Assembly (NCBI GenBank): GCA_021654395.1
Contig: AP024486.1
Span: 420,001 to 452,000 of the forward strand
Direction of reading: 5' to 3'
DNA from: Candidatus Saccharimonadota bacterium
GTDB lineage: Archaea > Micrarchaeota > Micrarchaeia > Micrarchaeales > Micrarchaeaceae
DNA length: 32,000 nt
The position numbers and the translations under genes were made by a program. This document shows, piece after piece, positions 1 through 9,082 of the stretch (position 1 is its first letter; the number at the start of each line of letters is the position of its first letter). The notes below the pieces were generated by a model. That model was not told where the DNA came from. It saw nothing but the letters and a program-made list of their open reading frames with translations, and searched no databases.

Positions 1-1
1 T

Positions 2-673
2 AGATTAGAAGTAGTTCCATCAGAAGCAGAAGATAAGCTGTTACTTGATATGGAAGCTAATGGTATAAAGCTCTCTCCTAGCAGATACGATAAAGTACTT
101 TATATATTTAAAGGTAATAAGATATACTTCTCATTGTTAGATAAGAGCTATATATTTAAGAAGATTCAAGATAGGCATATATCAAGAGCATACTATAAGA
201 TGATGGAGGCTGTAAAGAGATTTAAGATTAGTTTGTCTAAAAGCTACTCTGTATTAGACATCGGCGCTGCTCCTGGAGGCTGGTCAGAGTATCTTAAGGA
301 TTATGTAAAAGAGATAGTAGCTGTAGATCCTGGAGATCTTTTAGTAAATAGTTATAATATAAGGCATATTAAAGGCAGATTCGAGGATGTAGTAGATAGT
401 TTAGCTGAATACTGCTGCTTTGATCTAATCGTTATTGATGTAAATAGAGATCCTATATATGCAGCAGAGCTTCTCATAAAAGCTAGTGGCCTTGCTAAGA
501 AGGACGCTAAGATAATAATGACTGCTAAGCTATTTAAAAGAAGTAAGTCATATAGGGATCATATAATAGAGAGATTTAGATCTGTTATAAAGGATAGATT
601 CTTATTATTAGATATGAAGAGATTGATATCAAATAGCGATAATGAGATCACACTTCTATTGAGTAAGATATAG
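2..673 (+). CDS. FtsJ/RrmJ-like SAM-dependent RNA methyltransferase; the 5' end probably lies outside the window
   Basis: SAM-binding motif VLDIGAAPGGWSEYL is typical of FtsJ/RlmE/RlmM-class 2'-O-methyltransferases. The frame stays open upstream of the ATG at 50 back to base 2 (RLEVVPSEAEDKLLLD), so the listed Met may be internal. Confidence 0.7.
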   Translation, partial: RLEVVPSEAEDKLLLDMEANGIKLSPSRYDKVLYIFKGNKIYFSLLDKSYIFKKIQDRHISRAYYKMMEAVKRFKISLSKSYSVLDIGAAPGGWSEYLKDYVKEIVAVDPGDLLVNSYNIRHIKGRFEDVVDSLAEYCCFDLIVIDVNRDPIYAAELLIKASGLAKKDAKIIMTAKLFKRSKSYRDHIIERFRSVIKDRFLLLDMKRLISNSDNEITLLLSKI

Positions 674-1540
674 CTAAAATAGGGCTATTATCATATATAA
701 GAGCGATGCTATGAACATAAGCGCAAGAGTATAGTCTCTTAAGCGTTTGCCTAGATTCTTACTAAGTCTCTTAGATCTTATAATGTAGATATAAGATATA
801 TACAATAGAGCTATATCAACTAAAGATATTGTATATATATAGATAATATCAGATCTATATGGGGGATCATAATAGAATACGTATATGCTTAATACAACTG
901 CTATAAGGTTCATTAAGAAAGCTAGCGCTGCAGCCCATCTCTTTCCTATTATCATAGCTATACTCTTGACATTCCTTAGCTTATCTCCATCATAATCTCT
1001 TATTACTCCCTGTATCTCTCTAGCCATTCCATAGAAGAATGCAATAGCGCTAATTACTAATATTGTATTATCTAATCTTACTCCATTAATAAGTCCACCG
1101 TATATGAAAGGTATGGCCATCGTAGAGGCTATCACAATATTTCCTATTAAAGGAATAAGCTTGAGCTTATAGCTATAAAGAAATGCAAGCAATATAAAAG
1201 CGATTATAACAAGCATAGCGTATATATTAAGATATAGAGCAAGTATTATAGATATAAGAACAGATATATTATAATAGAATAGGGCCTCTTTCTTACTTAT
1301 ACTTCCATTCACAAGAGGCCTATCATTTCTTTTATTAGCTCTGTCTACATCCACATCAAAGTAGTCGTTTATTATGAATGATGAGGCACTAACCAGTATG
1401 GGCGGTATAAAGTATAAGAAGTAGTTTATACTTAGAGATACGCTCTTTGATATTGCACTGCTAGTTAATATAGCAATTATTATTATTAAAGAGTGCTCTA
1501 TCCTTGTTAGCTTTATAATTGCCTTTAGCTTTTGTAGCAT
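674..1540 (-). CDS. UbiA-family prenyltransferase, probably digeranylgeranylglyceryl-phosphate synthase-like
   Basis: Polytopic membrane protein carrying the UbiA signature NDYFDVDVDRANKRNDRPLVNG and a second Asp-rich region (RDYDGD). The archaeal lipid role is inferred from the family only. Confidence 0.75.
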   Translation of the reverse strand: MLQKLKAIIKLTRIEHSLIIIIAILTSSAISKSVSLSINYFLYFIPPILVSASSFIINDYFDVDVDRANKRNDRPLVNGSISKKEALFYYNISVLISIILALYLNIYAMLVIIAFILLAFLYSYKLKLIPLIGNIVIASTMAIPFIYGGLINGVRLDNTILVISAIAFFYGMAREIQGVIRDYDGDKLRNVKSIAMIIGKRWAAALAFLMNLIAVVLSIYVFYYDPPYRSDIIYIYTISLVDIALLYISYIYIIRSKRLSKNLGKRLRDYTLALMFIASLLYMIIALF

Positions 1541-1583
1541 ACTACTAATTAATATTTAAATTTTAAATTAGATATGTATCTTT

Positions 1584-2327
1584 ATGAGACTTCAATCTGC
1601 ACTTGACTTTTTAATAGAGTATGGTGTTGCATTTACAATTATAACTTTAGCGCTAGCCTTAATAGGTATATACTTTACCAGATCCCCTCTCAATCAGTAT
1701 AATGCACCACAATGCAATATACTAGCAACTTACATGGACTGCTTAAGCTCACATATATTTACACAAGGCAGCAAGATACTTATCTATATACAAGGCAGCA
1801 ATCTATTAAGTACATCCATACTTATGCCATTAGGCTCTATAGAGGTAAGCTATAATAACGCATTATACGCTGGCAATTGTACTCCGCAGTTTGTCCTGCC
1901 TGGAAGCTACTTCTCATGTTATGTATTAATTCAGTCTTCTGCACCGATCTTTAAGCAGAATCTGCAGTACACATTCTATATAAACTATATATCATGCAAT
2001 GGCCTATATCCCGGAACATGCACAAGCTCTTACCTAAGAAGCTCTGGTAGCGCAGTATCTGCAGTATCAAATAGCATACCAAATATATATAAAGTGAGAT
2101 TTAAGGTTAATGGTGGTAATGGATATGCATTACTTGACAATAGCTCACTGGTTAATGGTAGTATATTATATATAATTCAAGGTAGCTATCCTCTAGTAGC
2201 AGAGCCTTACTATGGAAGTAGATTTGCTTCGTGGTCTAGTAATGTAAGCGGAGAGCTATTAGCTAATACTAGAGCAACAACTATAAGTATAGATAGCAAT
2301 ACAAATCTTACATTAGAGTTGGATTAG
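1584..2327 (+). CDS. Class III signal peptide protein (archaeal type IV pilin-like), sequon-rich
   Basis: The N-terminus MRLQSALDFLIEYGVAFTIITLALALIGIYF matches the archaeal prepilin pattern of a short basic leader, Q-S-A-x-(E/D)-(Y/F)-L and a hydrophobic helix. The remainder is Ser/Asn/Tyr-rich with several N-x-S/T sites. Confidence 0.6.
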   Translation: MRLQSALDFLIEYGVAFTIITLALALIGIYFTRSPLNQYNAPQCNILATYMDCLSSHIFTQGSKILIYIQGSNLLSTSILMPLGSIEVSYNNALYAGNCTPQFVLPGSYFSCYVLIQSSAPIFKQNLQYTFYINYISCNGLYPGTCTSSYLRSSGSAVSAVSNSIPNIYKVRFKVNGGNGYALLDNSSLVNGSILYIIQGSYPLVAEPYYGSRFASWSSNVSGELLANTRATTISIDSNTNLTLELD

Positions 2328-3757
2328 CCTTTTACAACTACTAGAGGTATATCTCTGCTAACTATCTTTGATATACCTGCACCGCTTACAGACTCTACTA
2401 CATCATCCACATTCTTGTAGGCAAACTCTGCCTCCTCGCTTACAAGTCTCTTGTCTCTAACCTCTAGTATTATGCCCTTACTCTTCATTATCTCTAGAGT
2501 CTTAGATGCTGGAATCTCTCTTAATGCCTTATGCCTAGACATAACTCTACCAGCTCCATGGCAAGAGGATCCAAAGGTAAGATGCATAGCCTTCTCTCTG
2601 CCAGCAAGGATGTAGCTAGCTGTTCCCATGCTTCCTGGTATCAAAACGGGCTGACCAACATCCTTATATGCATCAGGAACTCCTTTAGCATTAGGTCCGA
2701 AAGCTCTGGTTGCTCCTTTTCTATGTACAAATAGCTTCATTCTCTTATTCTCAACTATATGCTCCTCAAGCTTTACTATGTTATGCGCAACATCATAAAG
2801 TACTGGCATCTCTAAGTTATCCTTATTTATAGAGAGAACCTTTGCAAATACATCTCTTACTATATCTGTTATTATCTCTCTATTAGTAAATGCATAGTTG
2901 ACTGCTGCTCTCATAGCAGCCAGATACTCCTCTGCCTCCTTAGAGTTTACATGAGCATAGCTGAGCTGTGGATCCTCTAGCTTAATCTTATTTCTTTTCT
3001 GATAATCATTTAGCTTTATTAGATAGTCGCTGCATATCTGGTGGCCATAACCTCTAGAGCCAGTATGCAGCATAATGACAATCTGATCTTTGAATAAGCC
3101 GAATCTCTTAGCAAGATCTTCATCATCTATTCTTTCAACTCTCTGAACCTCTAAGAAATGATTGCCTGCCCCTATGGTTCCAAGCTCCTTTAGGCCTCTC
3201 TTGCTTGCCATCTCACTTACATATCTTACATCTGCGCCTTCAATATGGCCATTCTCCTCTATAAATCTTTTATCCTCCTCTAAGCCAAAGCCCTTACCTA
3301 TTATATAATCTACGCCCTCTGTAGCTATATAATCAAGATCTTTCTTAGTTAGACCGATATTTAACTTACTTCCAACTCCGCTAGGAACTCTTCTAAAGAG
3401 CTCCTTTCCTAGCTCATTAAGCTTATCCTTTATATCATTATATGTAAGATCTGTTTTTATTACTCTTACTCCGCAGTTTATATCAAATCCAACAGCTCCT
3501 GGCGATATTATTCCCTCTTCAGCATCGAATGCTCCCACTCCACCTACAGGAAATCCATAACCCTCATGTGCATCTGGCATGACCCACATGCTTCCTACAA
3601 TCCCTGGAAGCTTAGATGCATTTACTGCCTGCTGCAATGTCTTATCATTAAATAGATTCTTCTCTATACTCTTATTTGCAACTATCTTTACAGGAACATT
3701 CATTCCATTGCTCTGCTTTATCTCTAGAATATAATCATCTATCCTTTCAACTTCCAT
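2324..3757 (-). CDS. rtcB: RNA 3'-phosphate/tRNA-splicing ligase RtcB
   Basis: Conserved RtcB blocks are present: GFDINCGVR, HTGSRGYGHQ and GSSCHGAGR. At 477 aa the length is standard, so there is no intein. Confidence 0.95.
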   Translation of the reverse strand: MEVERIDDYILEIKQSNGMNVPVKIVANKSIEKNLFNDKTLQQAVNASKLPGIVGSMWVMPDAHEGYGFPVGGVGAFDAEEGIISPGAVGFDINCGVRVIKTDLTYNDIKDKLNELGKELFRRVPSGVGSKLNIGLTKKDLDYIATEGVDYIIGKGFGLEEDKRFIEENGHIEGADVRYVSEMASKRGLKELGTIGAGNHFLEVQRVERIDDEDLAKRFGLFKDQIVIMLHTGSRGYGHQICSDYLIKLNDYQKRNKIKLEDPQLSYAHVNSKEAEEYLAAMRAAVNYAFTNREIITDIVRDVFAKVLSINKDNLEMPVLYDVAHNIVKLEEHIVENKRMKLFVHRKGATRAFGPNAKGVPDAYKDVGQPVLIPGSMGTASYILAGREKAMHLTFGSSCHGAGRVMSRHKALREIPASKTLEIMKSKGIILEVRDKRLVSEEAEFAYKNVDDVVESVSGAGISKIVSRDIPLVVVKG

Positions 3758-3796
3758 ATGATAATATATTATTATAAATAAGATTAAATAAGCCTT

Positions 3797-4675
3797 TTAC
3801 TTCATTAGATTGAATTTGTATTTATAAAGTATAAACTTATATATTATCTTTGCAGCTGTGTATGAGTAAACCTCATTATACGGTAGTAGCTCACAGAAGT
3901 CTGCGCCGATAACATCTCTTCTCTGATTTATAAATCTTAGAATCTCTATTATATCATTATATCTGAAGCCGCCCGGCTCTGGTGTGCCTACATTCGGCAT
4001 CTCTGATGGATCCATAGCATCAAAGTCTAATGATAAGTAAACTTTATCTGTAGTATTCTTCTCAATAAATGAATAGATATCATCAATGCCTCTTATATCT
4101 TTCATAAGAAGTATTGAATCCTTAAAGAGCTTGTAGCTATCTGCATCTACGCTTCTTACTCCTATACTTATAGCTCTTGTTAGATCTCTAAATCTTCTCG
4201 CTACAGTAGCATGCGAGTACTTACTGCCCATAAATGTATCTCTAGAATCAGAATGCGCATCTATATGTATAATAGTAAAGTCTTTGTATAGTTTTAATAA
4301 AGCTTCAACATTACCTAATGCGATTGTATGCTCTCCACCTATAAGTACTGGGATCTTTTTATCCTCTACTATTATGCTTACCTCTTTTACTATTCTATCT
4401 ATTGTTGCCCTTGGAGAGTCTGCATTAAACTCAAGCTCATCTAATGTGAATACTAAAGTATCGTCTATACTCATCTCTAGCTCTTCATCAAATAGCTCCA
4501 TGAATCTACTTGCATTTATTATGCTTCTGGGCCCATCTCTTGTGCCAGATCTATAAGATGTTGTGGAGTCATAAGGCACTGGCAGTATTACAAATCTTGC
4601 TTTACTATAATCCTGCTCGTACAAGCCAAACATATTATATGGTGGTAAAGAGTTCAGCACTTTCATACACATCAT
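3797..4675 (-). CDS. speB: Agmatinase / arginase-family ureohydrolase
   Basis: Mn-binding blocks of the arginase family are present: GGEHTI, HIDAHSD and SLDFDAMDPS. The true start may be the MKVLN Met a few codons into the ORF. Confidence 0.85.
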   Translation of the reverse strand: MMCMKVLNSLPPYNMFGLYEQDYSKARFVILPVPYDSTTSYRSGTRDGPRSIINASRFMELFDEELEMSIDDTLVFTLDELEFNADSPRATIDRIVKEVSIIVEDKKIPVLIGGEHTIALGNVEALLKLYKDFTIIHIDAHSDSRDTFMGSKYSHATVARRFRDLTRAISIGVRSVDADSYKLFKDSILLMKDIRGIDDIYSFIEKNTTDKVYLSLDFDAMDPSEMPNVGTPEPGGFRYNDIIEILRFINQRRDVIGADFCELLPYNEVYSYTAAKIIYKFILYKYKFNLMK

Positions 4676-4683
4676 CTTTATAT

Positions 4684-5826
4684 TTAATGGTATTCATCTA
4701 TCAACCTTTTAAATAATCTACTATAGAATGGAACAATTCTTCCAGCATCAAATCTATTTAGATTGCTTCTATTATATATATAATCATTCGGATCTCCATC
4801 TATTATCTTTAAGGCAAGCTCTGGCATCTCTTTAAAGCTAGCTATATTGCACATACTTCTTACCTCTTTAGGTATCGGTGTATCATCTGGTAGTATAACA
4901 GGCACTCCTAAAGCTATGCTCTCTATAGTAACTATACTCAATCCTTCTCTTATGCTTGGCATTATAAATAATGAAGCTGAGCTTAGCATCTTTATGTAGT
5001 CTTCATGCTTCTCCATAAAAGGCACAATCCTTATATTCTCTTCAATACCATAGCTCTTTATCAGCCTAAGCAGATTCTCTTTCTCTGGTCCATTACCGCA
5101 TATAATCGCTTTAATAGAGCCATCTCTTTTTACAATATCTCTAATAACCTCTATAAATCTGTCAAATCTCTTCTCTTTTACTAATCTGCCGGATGTAAGT
5201 ATAAATCTCTCTTTCTTTGAGCTAATAGAGGAAAGCCTCTTTAGATCTATTACTGGTGCGAATACAGATACTCTGTTAATGCCTCTCTTGTTTAGCAAGG
5301 CCTTAGTACTGCTAGAGTTGGCTATATAATAGCTCTTCTTAGATAAAGCTATACTTTCAATAAAGCTGCCGATTAAGCCTTTTATACCATAGTAACTTAT
5401 CCAGTATCTTAGATCCCATACCTCAGCAATATCTATAACTTTGGGCTTATCAATAAGATTTATAATAGGCATATGCATTATAGGAAAGAAGTTTACGAAG
5501 AGAAGGTCGTATTCCTTAATCAAAGAGATACTTCTAAGAAGCCTTATAGCAAAGTAGAATGCCTCCTTATAGCTTCTAGCACCATCTTCATATAGCTGGC
5601 CTTTAAAGCTACCTAATGTTATATAATCGATATTATCTAACTTAAATCTCTCACCTTTCATTCCATCTAGCTTTAATGTCAGAAAGCTTATCTTATAATG
5701 CTTAGATAGTTTAGATGCTATTGTATACTCTAGCTTCTCTACGCCTCCTATGCTCCACGGGTATGCAAGATCTGATATAAACAATATCTTATAGCTGCTC
5801 ATATTAGATATCATTATAAATTTCAA
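4684..5826 (-). CDS. GT4-family (group 1) glycosyltransferase
   Basis: A C-terminal E-x7-E-type block, EGLSIVTIESIALGVPVI, sits in a two-Rossmann (GT-B) layout. No TM segments were seen. Confidence 0.8.
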   Translation of the reverse strand: MKFIMISNMSSYKILFISDLAYPWSIGGVEKLEYTIASKLSKHYKISFLTLKLDGMKGERFKLDNIDYITLGSFKGQLYEDGARSYKEAFYFAIRLLRSISLIKEYDLLFVNFFPIMHMPIINLIDKPKVIDIAEVWDLRYWISYYGIKGLIGSFIESIALSKKSYYIANSSSTKALLNKRGINRVSVFAPVIDLKRLSSISSKKERFILTSGRLVKEKRFDRFIEVIRDIVKRDGSIKAIICGNGPEKENLLRLIKSYGIEENIRIVPFMEKHEDYIKMLSSASLFIMPSIREGLSIVTIESIALGVPVILPDDTPIPKEVRSMCNIASFKEMPELALKIIDGDPNDYIYNRSNLNRFDAGRIVPFYSRLFKRLIDEYH

Positions 5827-5899
5827 TTAATGGTAATAATAGATATTATTTATAATAGTTAATAATTTAAATCAAAGATATGGGCTTAGCTCAAATATA

Positions 5900-6808
5900 G
5901 TGAATATGATGCTATCTTTAATACTTCCTAATAAGAACGAGAGCCATATCTTTGAGTTTTTAAAAGATCTGGAAAGAAAGATAAAGGAAGATAAAGAGAT
6001 TATTATAGTAGATAAAAGCGAGGAAGAGTTTTATAAGAGGCTAGAGGCATATATCAAAGAGATGCATAATGTTAGATTGATAAGACAGGAGGATAAAGGA
6101 TACGAGAATGCTTTATACTTGGGCTTTAAATCAGCCAAAGGGGATATAATAGCAGTTATAGATCCTGATGGCACTTATAGAGTAGAAGATCTAATAAGAG
6201 TAATTGATACCTTAAAGAGCAGCAACTACTCTTTAGTACTGGGCAATAGGTTAGCATATAAGGATAAAGCTATGCCTGCACATATAAGCTTTGGTAATAT
6301 ATTCTTAACAAAGACATTCAACTGCTTATACAAGCAGGATATAAAAGATGCGTTATCGGGATTATTTGCATTTAAAAGGGATGCTTTAAGATATCTAACT
6401 CTAAGAAAACCAGAAAGAGGAGGAACTCTATACTTCTTAATACAGCTCGCTAGAAGAGGATTAAGGATAGGAAGTATCGATATAAAGTATCTTGAGAGAG
6501 AAGGCAGCTCTAGAATATCAAAGTTCAAGATTGGTTATGGTATCCTAATATTCTATAATGTGATAAGATATGTAAGAGACTATAAGCCGCTTGCACTATT
6601 CGGCAGCATAGGTCTGATCTCTTTACTAATAGGCTTATACTATGCTATAGTTGTACTTATAAGCTATATTCATACGGGATCATTAGTTATTCCAGGAAGA
6701 GCGATACTTGCAATAGGCTTAATAATATCTGGCTTGTTCTTTATAATAGCAGGCTTAATTCTAGATCTGCTTATAGAGATAGAGAGATACATAATAGAAA
6801 AGGACTAA
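5900..6808 (+). CDS. GT2-family glycosyltransferase with C-terminal TM helices (dolichyl-phosphate sugar synthase-like)
   Basis: The N-terminal GT-A pattern runs LSLILPNKNE ... IIVDKSEE ... AVIDPDGTY. Two C-terminal hydrophobic helices resemble those of DPM/GtrB-like enzymes. The ORF-track start is GTG, and ATGs at 5906 and 5909 are alternatives. Confidence 0.8.
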   Translation: MNMMLSLILPNKNESHIFEFLKDLERKIKEDKEIIIVDKSEEEFYKRLEAYIKEMHNVRLIRQEDKGYENALYLGFKSAKGDIIAVIDPDGTYRVEDLIRVIDTLKSSNYSLVLGNRLAYKDKAMPAHISFGNIFLTKTFNCLYKQDIKDALSGLFAFKRDALRYLTLRKPERGGTLYFLIQLARRGLRIGSIDIKYLEREGSSRISKFKIGYGILIFYNVIRYVRDYKPLALFGSIGLISLLIGLYYAIVVLISYIHTGSLVIPGRAILAIGLIISGLFFIIAGLILDLLIEIERYIIEKD

Positions 6809-6825
6809 TATGCAATTAAAGTAAG

Positions 6826-6856
6826 CTATTAAATACTTTAACTATTAAATCTTTAA
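6826..6856 (+). promoter_or_regulatory. Tandemly duplicated TATA-like element immediately upstream of the ATPase operon
   Basis: ctattaaatactttaa (6826-6841) is followed directly by ctattaaatctttaa (6842-6856), and the two differ by a single-base indel. The ATG is at 6860. The distal copy lies at the spacing expected for a leaderless transcript. Confidence 0.45.
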
Positions 6857-6859
6857 TCG

Positions 6860-8374
6860 ATGACACTTATAAGATTACAGAGACTATTTACTGATGAGCT
6901 TTCAAAGAGGTCTATACTGAGCAGACCCCCAGAGCCACCACCAGATGCACTAATGAATGATCCTTTAAAGTCAGTATTTATAGGAATAACTGGAGTATTT
7001 AACGTTCCATTCTATTGGTCTAGTCTAAATATAACAAATCCACATATGGCGATAGTCGGAATAACTGGTGCTGGTAAGAGCTACTTCGTTAAATCCTTCT
7101 TAATAAGAGCAAGCTATGTTTGGAATACGAATGCTGTTATAATAGATTGGGCCGGAGAGTACAAGGCATGGGTTAAGCAGACAGGAGGCACAGTAGTTTC
7201 TTTGGGCAAAGGAGACTTCATAAATATAATGGATGTAGCTGGAATGAGACCTCTAGATAGAGTAAAGCAGATAATGAACTCATTCTCAATACTAACAGAT
7301 ATCGATATGTTTCCAGAGCAGAAGAGACTTACAGAAGAGGCTATAGAGCAGGCATATCTAAACAACGGCTTTGCATTAGCAGATATCGCACCAGAGGGAA
7401 AAGATGCACCAACTATAAAGGATGTTATACTTCTGCTTCAGGAGAAGCTTCAAGAAGGTACATATCAGTATCCTGCAGAGCTAGAGAATGCTATATATAG
7501 GCTAAGACAGTTTGCAAGGCCTGGAGAAGATTACTTCTCTAGGAAGAGTACTATAAATATAGGCAAGCTTGCGTTATCAGGATTAGTAGATATAGATCTA
7601 TCTGGAATGTCTGATGAAAGATTCAGAGCACTTGCAGCATTATTCATACTACAGACTCTAAAGGAGCTAATGAGATCGATGGGTTGGAGTGAGGTAAAGG
7701 GCCTAAAGACACTAGTTGTACTAGATGAGGCTTGGAAGGTAGCAGGAGATGAGAGAAGCGATGCTATAACAATAGTTAGAGAAGGTAGAAAGTATCAGTT
7801 CGGTCTTATAGTTGCATCTCAGAGCCCATTAGATGTAAACGAAGCAATCTTCTCTAATGTAGGTACTGTATTTATACTTGCCATAAAGTTTGAGAGATTT
7901 CTTAATTACTTGCAAGGATCGCTAAACTTCTCTAGCTATATAAGAAGCGAGATACTTAAGTTTGGTGTCGGTCAGGCAGCAGTCGTTATGTCATTTCAGA
8001 CATCATTGAAGTTTCCAGGTACATTTATAATAAAGAGAATATACGGAGAAGAGCCATTAAAGGTATATAGAATAGATATAACCTCTATACTGACTCAGAG
8101 TGAGATTGAAAGTAATATAATTCCAAGGACATTTGAGTTCGAGAAAGATTCGATAAACTCATTCCTTGTTGAGATAGGTTTGGCTAATGAGGTTATAGAT
8201 AAGATATTCAGCGATGCAGATACAAAGAATAGAGTTATAGATATAATGTCATTAGTATCAGAGCTTGCATCTAATCAGATTCCTTCAATAAGTATAGTAA
8301 ATCTTCTAAAGAATATCGGAATAGACGATAGTATAATAGCAAGAATACTGTCTAGAGTGAAAACAAATGAATGA
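6860..8374 (+). CDS. FtsK/HerA/VirB4-superfamily P-loop ATPase (DUF87/AAA_10-like), soluble, with a helical-repeat C-terminal tail
   Basis: Walker A is GITGAGKS (7058-7081) and Walker B is LVVLDEAW (7712-7735). The post-Walker-B block REGRKYQFGLIVASQSP and the IIDWAGEY block after Walker A are typical of HerA/VirB4-like ATPases. There is no TM segment and no long N-terminal domain. Confidence 0.8.
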   Translation: MTLIRLQRLFTDELSKRSILSRPPEPPPDALMNDPLKSVFIGITGVFNVPFYWSSLNITNPHMAIVGITGAGKSYFVKSFLIRASYVWNTNAVIIDWAGEYKAWVKQTGGTVVSLGKGDFINIMDVAGMRPLDRVKQIMNSFSILTDIDMFPEQKRLTEEAIEQAYLNNGFALADIAPEGKDAPTIKDVILLLQEKLQEGTYQYPAELENAIYRLRQFARPGEDYFSRKSTINIGKLALSGLVDIDLSGMSDERFRALAALFILQTLKELMRSMGWSEVKGLKTLVVLDEAWKVAGDERSDAITIVREGRKYQFGLIVASQSPLDVNEAIFSNVGTVFILAIKFERFLNYLQGSLNFSSYIRSEILKFGVGQAAVVMSFQTSLKFPGTFIIKRIYGEEPLKVYRIDITSILTQSEIESNIIPRTFEFEKDSINSFLVEIGLANEVIDKIFSDADTKNRVIDIMSLVSELASNQIPSISIVNLLKNIGIDDSIIARILSRVKTNE

Positions 8375-8687
8375 TAAAAGCTCTGCTTATGATAACTCAT
8401 TGGCAATAGAGAGAACTCAGTTAAGAAAGATCCTAAAATCTTTTAACCTCAGTGAAAAGGACATAATAAATATAACAACATATCTAGATAAAGCAAGAAG
8501 GCATATTAATATAATAAACTTCATAATACTTCTAGAGAGATATAATATCAAGAGAGATAGTATAAGAAGCATACTGAGAAGAATAGGCTTCTCAGATAAG
8601 CAGATAGATAAGGGCTTTGAGGCTCACGACGAGAAGCTTATAATGGATAAGTACGGTAGACTATTCGAGATAGATCTGGTAGATTAA
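8367..8687 (+). CDS. Small helical protein of unknown family, translationally coupled to the ATPase
   Basis: Its ATG overlaps the ATPase stop (ATGAATGA context, 8-nt overlap). It contains two copies of a motif also seen twice in the ATPase tail: ILKSFNLSEKDIINI and ILRRIGFSDKQIDKGF. Confidence 0.6.
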   Translation: MNDKSSAYDNSLAIERTQLRKILKSFNLSEKDIINITTYLDKARRHINIINFIILLERYNIKRDSIRSILRRIGFSDKQIDKGFEAHDEKLIMDKYGRLFEIDLVD

Positions 8688-8689
8688 TA

Positions 8690-9076
8690 ATGCACGAGAC
8701 TCGTTGTATAATATGCGGCAAGAGAAAGCCAGGATTAGAGATCGATACATCTACATTTATGTTTAAAAGCTTCAAAAAGCTAGTTTATACAAAAAGAAAG
8801 CTCTTGAGACAAGAGACAAAGAAGAGAGATTATACCTTAGTTGTATGTAAAGAATGCTTCCCAACATACTATAAGCTCTATAGGTCATATAGAAATAGAA
8901 AGATATTCTACATAGCTATACTTATACTTGGATTATTTGTTGCAGTATTGTCTGGTAGCTTAGCCGCTCTATTATATCTAATTATCATAGCGGCCCTTCT
9001 TTTTATTCTGCTGCTGCTTTCATTTATTCCTAAATTAAAGGTAAAGATTAATCATATAAATCTTAAAGAAAAATGA
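8690..9076 (+). CDS. Zinc-ribbon protein with a C-terminal two-helix membrane hairpin
   Basis: Two CxxC pairs are present (CIICGKR and CKECFP). They are followed by about 45 hydrophobic residues, IFYIAILILGLFVAVLSGSLAALLYLIIIAALLFILLLLSFIP. The start is 2 nt after the preceding stop. Confidence 0.6.
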   Translation: MHETRCIICGKRKPGLEIDTSTFMFKSFKKLVYTKRKLLRQETKKRDYTLVVCKECFPTYYKLYRSYRNRKIFYIAILILGLFVAVLSGSLAALLYLIIIAALLFILLLLSFIPKLKVKINHINLKEK

Positions 9077-9082
9077 TCTTTT

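Noticed and set aside
2324-3757. A possible intein or insertion in RtcB.
   Set aside because: The 477-aa length and uninterrupted conserved blocks are normal for archaeal RtcB.
1584-8374. The idea that the ATPase at 6860 is the assembly motor for the pilin-like protein at 1584.
   Set aside because: Archaeal pilus and archaellum motors belong to the PilB/FlaI secretion-ATPase class. The ATPase at 6860 instead has FtsK/HerA/VirB4-type signatures. The two genes are separated by four unrelated genes on mixed strands, and no PilC/FlaJ platform gene is present.
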